Shown here: piece after piece, positions 1-10,104 of the stretch
Numbering within the stretch: the stretch's first letter is position 1
How the letters are laid out: each line of letters starts with the position of its first letter
Assembly: GCA_965242925.1 (NCBI GenBank)
Contig: CBDEUM010000004.1
Location: 79,031-143,030, forward strand
DNA from: Roseibacillus sp.
GTDB taxonomy: Bacteria > Verrucomicrobiota > Verrucomicrobiia > Verrucomicrobiales > Akkermansiaceae
DNA: 64,000 nt
Direction of reading: 5' to 3'
Made by a program: the position numbers and the translations under genes
Notes under the pieces: generated by a model
Told to the model about the DNA's origin: nothing
The model's input: the letters and a program-made list of their open reading frames with translations, nothing else
Databases searched by the model: none

Positions 1-159
1 GCCTTTGAAATCCGGATCAGGAAGGACGGGGGCGAACTGGTCACCGTGCTCCAGCGGGCCCGGGGGATCCGGGATCTTCGTGCGGAGGACCGGATCCGGA
101 TCCTGACCGATCCCACGGGGGGCACGATCGTCGAGAAGATCCAGCCCCCGGCGTCTTAA
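1..159 (+). CDS. 3' end of a gene entering the window, possibly an SlyB/glycine-zipper-type lipoprotein C-terminus
   Basis: Frame 1 is open: AFEIRIRKDGGELVTVLQR...DRIRILTDPTGGTIVEKIQPPAS, stop TAA at 157-159. Confidence 0.45.
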   Translation, partial: AFEIRIRKDGGELVTVLQRARGIRDLRAEDRIRILTDPTGGTIVEKIQPPAS

Positions 160-386
160 TCAGCCCTGTTCTGAATTGTTGAAGACGCTTCAGGGTCTTC
201 TGTGCACGACGGTCTGAATCTGGATTCCCGGTAATTGCTCTCCACGATTCGCCTCAGGGTGCCGGTCTCCGCATGATGCCTGGCCGACATCATCCCCTCA
301 CTTGGAGAAGATGTGAGTCTCCAGCATTGAGAGAGCAGAGGCGAGGATGTCGCGGGTGAATCCGCGGGGATCAGAGTAAGCCTGTT

Positions 387-1241
387 TCAGACCGGAACAA
401 GCAAGTCGGGCAACTGCGCGAGGGTGGTGATCAGGGCATCGGGGGAGTGCAGGGCGGTCTGGTCAGAATGCAACCGCAGGGACCGATTGTCACCGGCGAA
501 GAGGGCGGTGTGGAAGCCGAGTTCGGCGGCGGGGTGGATATCCTTGTGGGCGTCATTGCCGAGGTAAAGGGTTTCGGCAGGGGCGATGCCTCGTTGAGTC
601 AGTCTTTCGTGGAGGATCCGGTAGAGAGCAAGTCCCGGTTTGGCGACGCCATGCCGGTAGGAAAAGAGACAAAGGTCCTCCGCGAAACCCAGTTCTTCGA
701 GATCCCGGTCCAGGAGGGCCGGGAAAAGGAGGGGGGTGTAGAACTGGGCATTGGAGACAATGCCGAGGGTCAGCCCCCTGCCGCGCAGAGTGGCCAGGGT
801 TTCGGAGGCTCCTGGCATGGGCCAGACCTGGTTGGTGATGCACTCGCAGGCAAGGGCTGCATGTTCGAGTTCCGGTCCACGAGGCAGGTTCAGCAGTTCG
901 CTCCAGAGATCACGGATTTCAATTTCGGGGTATCTGATGCCCCGGTCGCGGGCGGCTGCGTGTTCCCGGCTGACAAGGTCGTGGAGTCGGTCGGTGAGCG
1001 AACGGTTTCCGGAAGGGGACGTGATTCCGTGTTTTTTGAGGATGGCCCGGAGGGGATCTTTGCGGGGTGACTCTGTCTGGGGGCGCTGGTCTCCGCAGGA
1101 GGAGATGAAGAGGGTGCCGTAGACGTCGAAGATAACAGCCCTGATGCCCGGGAAGCTGGGTAGGACCGGGTCACAGGAGGTGGGAACAGGTTTCATCTCC
1201 CGGGAGAGTTCCCGGATGATTTGAATGGCGGCAGAGTTCAT
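387..1241 (-). CDS. HAD-superfamily hydrolase, probable sugar-glycerate phosphatase
   Basis: HAD motifs FDVYGTL, VSNAQ, KP and GND..KD; last gene of the gpgS operon. Confidence 0.8.
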   Translation of the reverse strand: MNSAAIQIIRELSREMKPVPTSCDPVLPSFPGIRAVIFDVYGTLFISSCGDQRPQTESPRKDPLRAILKKHGITSPSGNRSLTDRLHDLVSREHAAARDRGIRYPEIEIRDLWSELLNLPRGPELEHAALACECITNQVWPMPGASETLATLRGRGLTLGIVSNAQFYTPLLFPALLDRDLEELGFAEDLCLFSYRHGVAKPGLALYRILHERLTQRGIAPAETLYLGNDAHKDIHPAAELGFHTALFAGDNRSLRLHSDQTALHSPDALITTLAQLPDLLVPV

Positions 1242-1243
1242 CT

Positions 1244-2701
1244 TCAGGATCGCAGGAAGTGAAAGCGCTCCGGCTTGAGAAACTGTCCAAGGACCGCCCG
1301 CCGGTTGAGCCAGGTGGGGGTTTCCGGGGTCGCGGCGGCGAGTTCACGGTAGAGGTCCTGATGCGCTTCGGCGTAGCGGGTAACGGAATAGGGTTTGAGA
1401 GCTTCGGGGGCGGCAGGGGGGACATGATGTTCCAATGCGGCGGCCAGCCACTCGGGGGCGGGCACGGAGAAGCCGCCGCTGTTGATCAGGAGATCTCCGG
1501 GGGAGACGAGGGCACGGGGAAAGATTTCCAGTTGCAGTTCCTCGGGGAGATTTCCGAAGTCGAGAAACTTGCCCCGGTCAAGTGTCGCAAGAGTTTCGGT
1601 CACGATGCGGTCGGGAAGTGATTCTCCACAGGAGTGATACAGGCGGAGGAGGTGATCGCGAAGGAGGGTGCGCAGGTGGTTTTCGTTCACCCAGGTGCGC
1701 GGGATCAGGATCTCCTGATAGAGAGCTCCGAGGCTCACGTCGTCGGGCACGAAGCGGGAGGTGATTTCAGGCAGATTACGTCCCAGGAGAGGTTTCCCCA
1801 GGGCCAGAGATTCAAGAAAGGTGAGTCCGAAGCCTTCCGCGATGGAGGTGGTGACGAGATGGGTGGAATGGGACAGCCAGCTCGCGTAGGAGGAATCCAT
1901 CTTATCGCTGGGCGATGAGCGCCCTACGACCCCCATCCTGATGGGGAGATGGTATTGCTTTGCCGCCCGGGTCCATTGATCATAGATCGGATGCCAGGTG
2001 GGATTGTCTGGCGGGAGGGCCAGGGCGAAGGAGGTTCCGGGAGGCGCAAGGGCGGAGAGGAGACAGAACTCCCCGAGATTCTTGCGGCGAATTCCCCGCA
2101 CGGCATAAAAGACAAAGGGGGCACCAGGCTCACGGGTTGTGCGGGGGAATTCTGTCGGTGCTTGGATGGCATTAGGAAGCAGCGAGATCTGTTCCGGTGG
2201 GACTCCGGAGGCCAGCAGGATGGCCTGATCGCGCGGGTTGAGAGTCAGGTAGCGGATCTGTGGGGCGAGGGGATAGAGATGCTCGTGGGTGACCAGATTT
2301 TCGTAATTCTCCGGTCGCCCATCCTCTGCAAGGTCATGGAGATGGAGGACGAGAGGCACGCGACTTCCGGCCAGTTCGGCAACGAGTCCGGGGAAAAGAG
2401 CATTTTTCCCCAGGGTCGGGTTGTGGAGATGCCAGCACGCCGGTTCGGAATTGAGGGCCTGACCGGCAGCCTGTCGCAGTCCGCTGAAGAGTTGCGAGCT
2501 GTCTGCTCCCTCCCGTCCATAGTCCTGGTGGTAGTCCAGGGAGGGAACGACGGTCACCGGAAGCCGGGCCGATCCTTCGTATGCGGTGCCCGACAGGATG
2601 ACGTGCGCGATCCCGGCTCGTGAGAGAGCTTCCGACTGTGCTTCGATCACCCGCGTCACCCCACCAGGACGCAGGTGGTAGTGAATGAGAGCAACGGACA
2701 T
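1244..2701 (-). CDS. GT-B fold (GT4-like) glycosyltransferase
   Basis: N-terminal HYHLRPGGVT, RGIRRKN and EGFGLTFLE motifs. Confidence 0.75.
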   Translation of the reverse strand: MSVALIHYHLRPGGVTRVIEAQSEALSRAGIAHVILSGTAYEGSARLPVTVVPSLDYHQDYGREGADSSQLFSGLRQAAGQALNSEPACWHLHNPTLGKNALFPGLVAELAGSRVPLVLHLHDLAEDGRPENYENLVTHEHLYPLAPQIRYLTLNPRDQAILLASGVPPEQISLLPNAIQAPTEFPRTTREPGAPFVFYAVRGIRRKNLGEFCLLSALAPPGTSFALALPPDNPTWHPIYDQWTRAAKQYHLPIRMGVVGRSSPSDKMDSSYASWLSHSTHLVTTSIAEGFGLTFLESLALGKPLLGRNLPEITSRFVPDDVSLGALYQEILIPRTWVNENHLRTLLRDHLLRLYHSCGESLPDRIVTETLATLDRGKFLDFGNLPEELQLEIFPRALVSPGDLLINSGGFSVPAPEWLAAALEHHVPPAAPEALKPYSVTRYAEAHQDLYRELAAATPETPTWLNRRAVLGQFLKPERFHFLRS

Positions 2702-2725
2702 GGTCAGATAAACCTCCTTTCCATT

Positions 2726-3763
2726 CTACCGGGAACCCGGTCCGGGAAGGTCGAGGGAAGGATCTCCGGGCTGGACCTGTTCATCCCGGGGGGAGGCTCG
2801 GAGAGGAAATTTCAGGCGGTAATCCGGGAGGTTGATAAGAGGCGGGCGTTCTTCTTCCACGAGTTCGGTGGTGACTTCCTGATAGTGGGCTCCGCTGATT
2901 TCCAGAGCCCGGTAGATGTTGGAGATCTCAGCGGCGACGGCGACCTTGCCATCCTTGTGGAGCCGGCTGAGGAAAGACTGGAGAATCCCGAAGGACATCC
3001 TTCCGAGGGCGGCGGTGGATTGGTTGCGATGCACTCTTCGTTCGAGATTAACCTGTGCGAATGCGCCCATGCCCCAGTGAGTGTAAACATCCAGAATGTG
3101 CGAGGTCTCCACGCCATAACCAATCGGGAAGGGGATCCTCTCAAGGAGGTTGCGGCGGACGGCATACTCACCGGAAAGAGGTTGGAAGAGCTGGGTCAGT
3201 TCCGGATAGAAGAGTGAAAAGAGCGGGCGGACGAGGATCTCGGTGACCCGGCCCCCGCCGCTGTTCCGGATGTCCCCGGCAGGTTGGACGATCGGGCGTT
3301 CGTAGAAGGCCTTCACGTAGCCTATGTCCTCATTCCGGATCAGGGGGGCGATAAGTCCGTAGACAAAGCGCGGGTGGATGTTGGCGATGTCGGCATCCAC
3401 GTAGCAGATGATGTCGCCCTGGAGCTGGTAGACCGCCTTCCAGAGGTTTTCACCCTTGCCGCGGTTGAAGCCATGGGAAGGGAGGATGTCGGCGGAGTGG
3501 TAGAAGTCGGCACCGTAGGAGGTGGCGATTTCCGCCGTGCGATCGGTCGAACCGGAATCAATGACGGCCAACTCGTCAACGAGCGGGAAGCGATCCATGA
3601 GCTCGCTCTTGAGGACCACGATTACCTTCCCGATGGTTGTTTCCTCGTTAAGAGTGGGTATGCAGAGCGAGATGCGCAGGCCGGATCTCTCCTTGGCCCG
3701 GCACAGGATTTCCAGATCAGCGAATTCCTGGTGATGGAAAGTGTGAGACTTCAGCCAGGACAC
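2726..3763 (-). CDS. gpgS: Glucosyl-3-phosphoglycerate synthase
   Basis: IPTLNEE, DSGSTD, GKGENLW, DAD, GGGRVTE, QPLSGEY, GYGVE and HRNQ motifs typical of GpgS. Confidence 0.85.
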   Translation of the reverse strand: MSWLKSHTFHHQEFADLEILCRAKERSGLRISLCIPTLNEETTIGKVIVVLKSELMDRFPLVDELAVIDSGSTDRTAEIATSYGADFYHSADILPSHGFNRGKGENLWKAVYQLQGDIICYVDADIANIHPRFVYGLIAPLIRNEDIGYVKAFYERPIVQPAGDIRNSGGGRVTEILVRPLFSLFYPELTQLFQPLSGEYAVRRNLLERIPFPIGYGVETSHILDVYTHWGMGAFAQVNLERRVHRNQSTAALGRMSFGILQSFLSRLHKDGKVAVAAEISNIYRALEISGAHYQEVTTELVEEERPPLINLPDYRLKFPLRASPRDEQVQPGDPSLDLPGPGSR

Positions 3764-3811
3764 GGGCAGTGGGGAGGAAGGCGCAGGCCGGCGGTCCTGG
3801 GCGGGATCACG

Positions 3812-4876
3812 TCACTTGGAGCGAACACAGCGGAATCCGGTGTGATTGGTGGGCGAGAGGGACTCCGAGTAGTGCCGGGCGGCCGGTCGATAGCGCAGGC
3901 AGTAGGTGTGGTGGCAGAGATGAGATCCTCCCTTGGTGACCCAGAGCCAGGCCAGTCGGTGGAAAGGTTTCTCGGCGGGATAGGCCTTGCTCTGGAGAAA
4001 TTCCTGTACCATGGGCTGGCTTACCGGGTTGTCGGGGCCCTTGGGATTGGCCTTTGGTTCCGGGAGTTTGACGAAGGTTGCGTAGTAGTCCGGTCGATAG
4101 AGATCAGCGCAGTGCTCCCATACATTTCCGGCCATGTCGTAGAGTCCGTAGGAGTTCGGGGGGAAGGATTTTGCGGGTGAGGTGCCCGGGAAACCGTCTT
4201 TGGCGGTGTTGATGTTCGGAAATTCCCCCTGGAACACGTTGGCCAGCCATTTCCCCCCGAGCTGCGGCTCGTCACCCCACATGAAAAGTTTGTGATTAAG
4301 GCCTCCCCGGGCCGCGCGTTCCCATTCGGCCTCGGTGGGAAGCCGCTTTCCGGCCCATTTGCAATAGGCAAGCGCGTCTTCGTGAGTGACGCAGACCACT
4401 GGATGACTCATCCGGTCCTTGATGCTGGAAGCCGGACCCTGCGGATGCCGCCAGTTGGCGCCCTGTATGAATTGCCACCACTGCCACTCGGCACCGGGAC
4501 GAAACAGCTCCACCTTGGCGCGAGGAGACTTGAAAAGAAGTGCTCCGCCCTTGAGTTGATCGGGAGGAGCGTCGGGAAAATCCTTGGGATCCCAGCCACG
4601 CTCGGCCTGGGTCTGGTAGCCGGTCGCCTTGGCGAATTCCATGAACTGGCGGTTGGTGACTTCGGTGAGATCCATCCAGAACCCGTCTACCGTCACGGAA
4701 TGAACGGGGGCCTCTTCCGGATATTCGGCTCGGGTCTGCTTGAATTTATGGTCTGATCCCCGGGTGAAGGTGCCCCCGGGAATCCAGACCATGCCCTCCG
4801 GGGCGGGCTTTTCCTGTCCAGGGGAAGAGGACGCGCCGAGGCCGAGCAGAAGCAGGGAAAGGATGGGGGTGCGCAT
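3812..4876 (-). CDS. Formylglycine-generating enzyme (SUMF1/FGE) family protein, secreted
   Basis: Signal peptide; RLPTEAEWE, YGLYDMAGNVWE, KGGSHLC..YC.RYR and GFRC motifs; start placed at ATG 4876. Confidence 0.85.
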   Translation of the reverse strand: MRTPILSLLLLGLGASSSPGQEKPAPEGMVWIPGGTFTRGSDHKFKQTRAEYPEEAPVHSVTVDGFWMDLTEVTNRQFMEFAKATGYQTQAERGWDPKDFPDAPPDQLKGGALLFKSPRAKVELFRPGAEWQWWQFIQGANWRHPQGPASSIKDRMSHPVVCVTHEDALAYCKWAGKRLPTEAEWERAARGGLNHKLFMWGDEPQLGGKWLANVFQGEFPNINTAKDGFPGTSPAKSFPPNSYGLYDMAGNVWEHCADLYRPDYYATFVKLPEPKANPKGPDNPVSQPMVQEFLQSKAYPAEKPFHRLAWLWVTKGGSHLCHHTYCLRYRPAARHYSESLSPTNHTGFRCVRSK

Positions 4877-4923
4877 TGTGGTTTGGCTTTCTGTGAATAA
4901 ATGATCATTTTCACGCACTGGCT

Positions 4924-5697
4924 ATGACCAAATTTCGGCCATGCATTGACCTGCACGACGGTAAGGTGAAGCAGATCGTGGGGGGATCTTTTCGTGATGA
5001 CGGTTCCGCACCGGAGGAAAATTTCGTCTCCGGGCAGGATGCCGGCTGGTTTGCCGGGAAATTCCGGAAGGATGATCTGGCGGGCGGGCATGTCATCATG
5101 CTTGGACCAGGGAATGAAGAGGCCGCCCGCCGGGCGCTGGCAGAGTGGCCCGGAGGTCTTCAGGTGGGTGGCGGAATCACGCTGGTGAATGCGGCCGCCT
5201 GGCTGGAGGCAGGAGCCAGTCATGTCATTGTCACTTCGTGGCTCTTTGATGAAGAGGGTCGATTTCTTCCGGAGCGTCTCCGAGCGCTCTCACGCGAGAT
5301 CGGGGCGGAACGGATCGTGGTGGACCTGAGTTCACGCCGCAGGGCCGGCGGGTGGACGGTTGCGATGAATCGGTGGCAGACCCTCACCGATCTGGAGATC
5401 ACCACTCAACTGCTTGACCGTCTGGGAGGTGACTGTGCGGAGTTCCTGGTGCACGCCGCCGACGTGGAAGGAAAGTGTGAGGGGATCGATGCTGATCTGG
5501 TCGAACTTCTCGGGTCATGGGGAGGGAGACCCATGACCTATGCCGGAGGGGTGGCGAACATGAGCGATCTCAAACTGGTGGAAGAGGGCAGCGGCGGCAG
5601 GGTCGACGTGACGGTTGGGAGTGCCTTGGACCTTTTTGGTGGAAGCGGAATCACATATAAGCAGTTGAGGGCCTGGAATACGGGCGAACGCGAATGA
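4924..5697 (+). CDS. hisA: ProFAR isomerase, His6 (eukaryote-like) type
   Basis: FRPCIDLHDGKVKQIVGG, LQVGGGI, EFLVHAADVEG and TYAGG motifs. Confidence 0.85.
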   Translation: MTKFRPCIDLHDGKVKQIVGGSFRDDGSAPEENFVSGQDAGWFAGKFRKDDLAGGHVIMLGPGNEEAARRALAEWPGGLQVGGGITLVNAAAWLEAGASHVIVTSWLFDEEGRFLPERLRALSREIGAERIVVDLSSRRRAGGWTVAMNRWQTLTDLEITTQLLDRLGGDCAEFLVHAADVEGKCEGIDADLVELLGSWGGRPMTYAGGVANMSDLKLVEEGSGGRVDVTVGSALDLFGGSGITYKQLRAWNTGERE

Positions 5698-6497
5698 AGG
5701 CATTTGGAGTAATCATCGTTATCATGGTAGTGGTCCTGCTGGTGGGCGGAGTTCATCGCAGGATGAGAAACCGTCGCCGGGGTGAGGTGCGGGCCATGCT
5801 CCTGGGCGAAGAGGAACGGGCCCTCCTTCACGAGAAGGTTCCGCTTTATGCGCGCATGCCGGTTGGCCTCCAGCATAAGCTCGAAGGATTGGCCCAGGGC
5901 TTCATCCACGAGATTGGATTCGAACCCTGCGGACATCTGGACGAAGTGACTCCTGAGATGCAGTTGATCATTGCGTCTCAGGCCTGCCTCTTGCTGCTGG
6001 AAAGCGGCTACGACCACTTCGGCCGGTTGCGCAGTGTGCTGATCTATCCCGATGCCTATCAGGTCCGGGACGAAATGGGGGTGGAGAGCATACGACTGGG
6101 CGAGAGCTGGCGGAATGGAAGTGTCGTGCTCTCGTGGGAGAGTGTGCGGCAGGGATCCAGGAATCCGGAGGACGGACGGAACGTCGTCCTCCATGAGTTT
6201 GCCCACCAACTGGATCAATTTGACGGGCGGGCCGATGGGCTCCCGGTATTGAAGAGTCGGAGTGATTATCCGGAATGGACCGAGGCGATGAGGGCCTCTT
6301 ATCAAAAGCTGCGGACAAGGGTGGAGAGGGGAGCCCGGACGGTCCTGGACGATTACGGGGCCACGAATCCCGCCGAGTTCTTTGCGGTTGCCACGGAGAC
6401 TTTTTTTGAGAAGCCCAGGCAACTGGGGAGGGAGCACCAGGGTCTCTACGAGCAAATGAAACGCTTCTACGGTCTCGATCCTCTTGAGTGGGAGTAA
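5694..6497 (+). CDS. MtfA/peptidase M90 family zinc metallopeptidase
   Basis: DGRNVVLHEFAHQLD and YGATNPAEFFAVATETFFEKP motifs. Confidence 0.85.
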   Translation: MKAFGVIIVIMVVVLLVGGVHRRMRNRRRGEVRAMLLGEEERALLHEKVPLYARMPVGLQHKLEGLAQGFIHEIGFEPCGHLDEVTPEMQLIIASQACLLLLESGYDHFGRLRSVLIYPDAYQVRDEMGVESIRLGESWRNGSVVLSWESVRQGSRNPEDGRNVVLHEFAHQLDQFDGRADGLPVLKSRSDYPEWTEAMRASYQKLRTRVERGARTVLDDYGATNPAEFFAVATETFFEKPRQLGREHQGLYEQMKRFYGLDPLEWE

Positions 6498-6591
6498 CTT
6501 GTCGGATCGAAAGGGTCTTCCTGGAAGAGAATCAGAGATTCCCGGCTTGATTTAGTTAACTTTTCTTAATATTCTTTTCCGGAATTGCGAG

Positions 6592-7689
6592 ATGAGTGAC
6601 GCCGCCCCCCCCTTGGAACCAGACCCCTTTGAAGAAACCCTCGCTCCCCTCCCGACCAAGGAGGACGAGGATAGTGTAGAGACAAGCAAGCCGAAGGCTG
6701 TTACCGCGGAGGCTTCGCCGGAAGGGAGTCAGCACGGTGAGGGCGTGGAGCCTGGGCAGGGGCGCAGATCGAATGTCCTGGCCCGGGTGGAACGCCTTGA
6801 CCGGGACGCAGAGGATGCCGCGGAGACGACGATTCCAACCGGACCCCGGTGGAAGTTCTGGAAACGTCCTAATAAACGTGACCGGCAACTCGATACATTG
6901 CGACAGGGCGCGACCGAAATGGTCGGCCTGCTGAGATCCATCCGCGATCGTCTTGAAGGTGAGCACAGCGATCGCAAGGGGTTGATGAAGACCCTCACGC
7001 CTCTCCCCGTTGCAGTGGAGAGCCTTCAATCGATGAGCGAGTGCCAGGCCGAGACCGGTCGCACCTTGACGGGATTGAGGAAGACCCTTGAGCAAAGGGC
7101 GGAAAAGGATGGTCTGATGATACGTTCCCTGGATCGGATGGGGCACACGATGACGCACGTGGAGGAGACTTTCGAGAAACTTGGGAAAACTCTTACCGGG
7201 ATGGATCAGGCCAACCAGCTCAGCGCCAAGAATATGGAGTTGCTCGGTGAACGCGTTTCGGATTCCGGGCGCTTCATGAACGAGTCATTCGTTCAACTGC
7301 GGGAAGCTGAACGGGATTTCACCAATTACCTGTCCCGGACTTCACGCCGCAGTGGCATGGCAATGGTAGCGGTTTGCAGTCTTCTGGTCGTGTCCGTGGT
7401 GGCGGTAGGATTCATGTTCCGGGAGAATCGAAACCTGTTGACCGCGGTCCAGCAGAACGGGTCGCTCGTGGTTCAGGTTCCTCGGAATGAACCCAAGGCC
7501 GAAGCATCCCACAGACTGGCGCTTTTTGATGAGCAACTGAGACAGGTTGATGACGGGATCCAGGAGCCCGATCGTGAAATCGTGACGAAACCAGGGGATC
7601 TGGAGGCTGGCAGGGCGGAAGAGGTTGTTCCTGTGGACACGGAGGCCACCGGGTTGCTCTCCATACGCAAACCGCCTCCCAGGGAGTAG
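6592..7689 (+). CDS. Hypothetical coiled-coil protein with one TM helix
   Basis: 365-aa ORF with a heptad-rich centre and hydrophobic segment MAMVAVCSLLVVSVVAVGFMF. Confidence 0.6.
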   Translation: MSDAAPPLEPDPFEETLAPLPTKEDEDSVETSKPKAVTAEASPEGSQHGEGVEPGQGRRSNVLARVERLDRDAEDAAETTIPTGPRWKFWKRPNKRDRQLDTLRQGATEMVGLLRSIRDRLEGEHSDRKGLMKTLTPLPVAVESLQSMSECQAETGRTLTGLRKTLEQRAEKDGLMIRSLDRMGHTMTHVEETFEKLGKTLTGMDQANQLSAKNMELLGERVSDSGRFMNESFVQLREAERDFTNYLSRTSRRSGMAMVAVCSLLVVSVVAVGFMFRENRNLLTAVQQNGSLVVQVPRNEPKAEASHRLALFDEQLRQVDDGIQEPDREIVTKPGDLEAGRAEEVVPVDTEATGLLSIRKPPPRE

Positions 7690-7762
7690 TCGCCTTCGTG
7701 ATCCGGTATGCGGGCTTCCGGCTTCCGGTTTCCCACCAGTTGGGGTAAAAAAGGAGGAGCGC

Positions 7763-8290
7763 ATGTGGTATTACCTGCAAAACGGCCAGCAAGTGGGACC
7801 GGTTTCGAAGGAAGAGTTACAGGGACTTCTTCAGAGGCAGTCCCTTCCGGTGACCACCGGGATCTGGAGCAGGGGCATGCCGGAATGGGTGCCCGCCAAC
7901 CAGGTGGCCGAGGTGATGGCGGGTGTAAGCGGTGGGTATATACCGCAACCTGTTGCTGGTGGCGCTTATACGAGGGTTTCTGGACCTGCTCCCTGCGGGA
8001 TGGCGATCGCCAGCATGGTCCTGGGAATCATAGGTGTGCTAGGGGCGGTGATCCTCACCTCAGTTCCCGCGATCATATGCGGCCATATCGCACGTCGACA
8101 GATTCGAGATGCGGAAGGACGGGTAGGGGGAGAGGGAATGTCTCTGACGGGGTTGATCCTCGGCTATATGGTAACGGTGCTGAGCGTGCTTGCGATTGGG
8201 TTCGTTATCGTGATGATGTGGGTTGTAGTGGATGCGGCGGCCAGTTATCCGTCAACTCCCACTCCTGCGCCTCTTCCGTCCGCGCCGTAA
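7763..8290 (+). CDS. GYF_2 (DUF4339) plus DUF4190 membrane protein
   Basis: MWYYLQNGQQVGPVS...W..GM.EW domain; AIASMVLG...CGHIARRQI...G.GMSLTGLILG; AGGAGG RBS upstream. Confidence 0.8.
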   Translation: MWYYLQNGQQVGPVSKEELQGLLQRQSLPVTTGIWSRGMPEWVPANQVAEVMAGVSGGYIPQPVAGGAYTRVSGPAPCGMAIASMVLGIIGVLGAVILTSVPAIICGHIARRQIRDAEGRVGGEGMSLTGLILGYMVTVLSVLAIGFVIVMMWVVVDAAASYPSTPTPAPLPSAP

Positions 8291-8374
8291 GGATAACCCC
8301 TTGGGGGTTCTTTCTCAGCGGCGTGGAAGGTCTTGACAAGCGATCCTCCCGAAGTGGATTAATTATGGCAGGCG

Positions 8375-8899
8375 ATGGAATGGTATTACGCGAAAAACAA
8401 CAGGCAGGAAGGACCGGTGTCTGGCGCGACGCTCAAGAGCATGATTGTGTCGGGAGAGATTGCTTCTGCCGACCTGGTCTGGCAGGAGGGTATGGCTGAA
8501 TGGAGGCCCGCAGCTGAGATCAATGATTTCGAGTCTGCGGGAGTTGTTGAGCCTGCGGGAATTGTGGCCCCTCCAGGCGGTTCCCAGATTCCGCAGACCC
8601 TTCCACCGGGTGTCCCCGGTGGGCAGATTCCTCCCGCGGCCCCTCCAAACAATTCCTCGGCCATTGCCAGCATGATATGCGGGATTGTAGGATTGTTCTC
8701 TCCATGCCTTTGTGGGTTTCCCGTGATCGCCTCAATTGTAGCGATCATAATGGGACATGTGGCCCGGGGTGAGATACGGAAGGCAGGAGGCATGCAGGGG
8801 GGCGATGGGATGGCCTTGGCGGGGCTTATCCTGGGCTATGTGGGAATAGGTCTATTTGTTGGGGGAATTGCATTTACGTTGTTGATGGAGGTTTCCTGA
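8375..8899 (+). CDS. GYF_2 plus DUF4190 membrane protein
   Basis: [24 protein letters not shown]...GHVARGEI...[12 protein letters not shown]. Confidence 0.8.
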   Translation: MEWYYAKNNRQEGPVSGATLKSMIVSGEIASADLVWQEGMAEWRPAAEINDFESAGVVEPAGIVAPPGGSQIPQTLPPGVPGGQIPPAAPPNNSSAIASMICGIVGLFSPCLCGFPVIASIVAIIMGHVARGEIRKAGGMQGGDGMALAGLILGYVGIGLFVGGIAFTLLMEVS

Positions 8900-9169
8900 C
8901 GGTTTCTCGGGAACTCCTGATAACGGCGGACAGGCGGCGACTGATCACGAGAGACCCTGGGCAGCGGGGGCGAGAAGCGGAGCAGGCCTTCTCGTGAAGG
9001 GACAGCAGGGCCGGGACTACGGCAGGGGGAATAACCGGACCAGGAGTTGCCCGGGGAGGGGCCCGATATCTTGCTGGCTCCAGCCCGGGTTCGTCAGTAT
9101 TAATCAGTGCGCGACTGGGGTGGCTGTGAACTAGTTGAGTCTCGTCGCCTGAAACAAACAGACAGGAAA

Positions 9170-9685
9170 ATGGAGTGGTTCTACGCGAAGAATGGAAATC
9201 AGGAAGGACCGGTGTCCGGTGCAACCCTCAAGAGCATGATTGTGTCGGGAGAGATCGCCTCCACCGACCTGGTCTGGCGGGAAGGGATGGCCGACTGGAG
9301 CCCCGCAGCGACGATCAATGATTTTGAGTCTGCCGGAGTTGTTGAGTCTGCCGGGATCGTGGCTCCTCCGGGCGGTTCCCAGATCCCCCAGGGAGGTGTT
9401 CCGCAACCGGGGCAGGTGCCGGGGACTCCGGTAGCACACGCGCCGATTTCAAACTACCTCGTCCCGGCGATCCTGGTGACGATTTTCTGCTGCTGGCCCT
9501 TCGGGATCCCGGCGATTGTTTTTGCGGCTAAGGTGGATGGCCTGGTCTCGCGTGGTGACATTGCGGGTGCGTTGGAGGCTTCCAGGAAGGCCAAGACCTG
9601 GACGTGGGTCTCCTTTGGCTGCGGGCTCGGTTCCATATTGCTATACGTTCTGGTTATGACGATCGGGATCGGCGCGGGACTGTGA
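9170..9685 (+). CDS. GYF_2 plus CD225/dispanin membrane protein
   Basis: GYF_2 N-terminus; NYLVPAILVTIFCCWPFGIPAIVFAAKV...GD..GA..ASRKAK. Confidence 0.8.
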   Translation: MEWFYAKNGNQEGPVSGATLKSMIVSGEIASTDLVWREGMADWSPAATINDFESAGVVESAGIVAPPGGSQIPQGGVPQPGQVPGTPVAHAPISNYLVPAILVTIFCCWPFGIPAIVFAAKVDGLVSRGDIAGALEASRKAKTWTWVSFGCGLGSILLYVLVMTIGIGAGL

Positions 9686-10095
9686 GACCGCGCCTGGCAT
9701 TGCTGCTGGCACTGGGGGTTCTGGGTCTGCTGGGGCTCTGCTATATCCGGGGAAATGATCCGGAGGCAGGGGAAGCCTATTTCCCGAGGTGCATATTCCG
9801 GGAGGTCACCGGATTGCATTGCGCCGGGTGCGGCGCGACCAGGGCGGCCCATGCCTTGGCTAATCTCGAACCAGGGGAGGCCTTCCGGAAGAATCCCCTG
9901 CTGATGATCCTGCTTCCCTTCCTGGTTATCGGGGTAGTGCTGGAATCGACGGCATGGGTGATCGGGGAAGGTTACCGTGGGCCCCGGGTGCGATTGCCGG
10001 GGCAGTTGGCGTGGTCCCTGCCGGTGGTCATCGTCGCATTCTGGATCCTCCGGAACATCCCGGGGTGGCCCTTCGAACTGCTGGCCCCCCGCTAG
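9682..10095 (+). CDS. DUF2752 membrane protein
   Basis: C.FREVTGLHCAGCGATRA...NP and FWILRNIP motifs; GTG start overlaps the upstream stop. Confidence 0.8.
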   Translation: MRPRLALLLALGVLGLLGLCYIRGNDPEAGEAYFPRCIFREVTGLHCAGCGATRAAHALANLEPGEAFRKNPLLMILLPFLVIGVVLESTAWVIGEGYRGPRVRLPGQLAWSLPVVIVAFWILRNIPGWPFELLAPR

Positions 10096-10104
10096 GTGCT
10101 GAAA

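Noticed and set aside
8900..9169. Possible decayed gene between the GYF_2 genes
   Set aside because: No recognisable similarity to the neighbouring genes and no convincing ORF.
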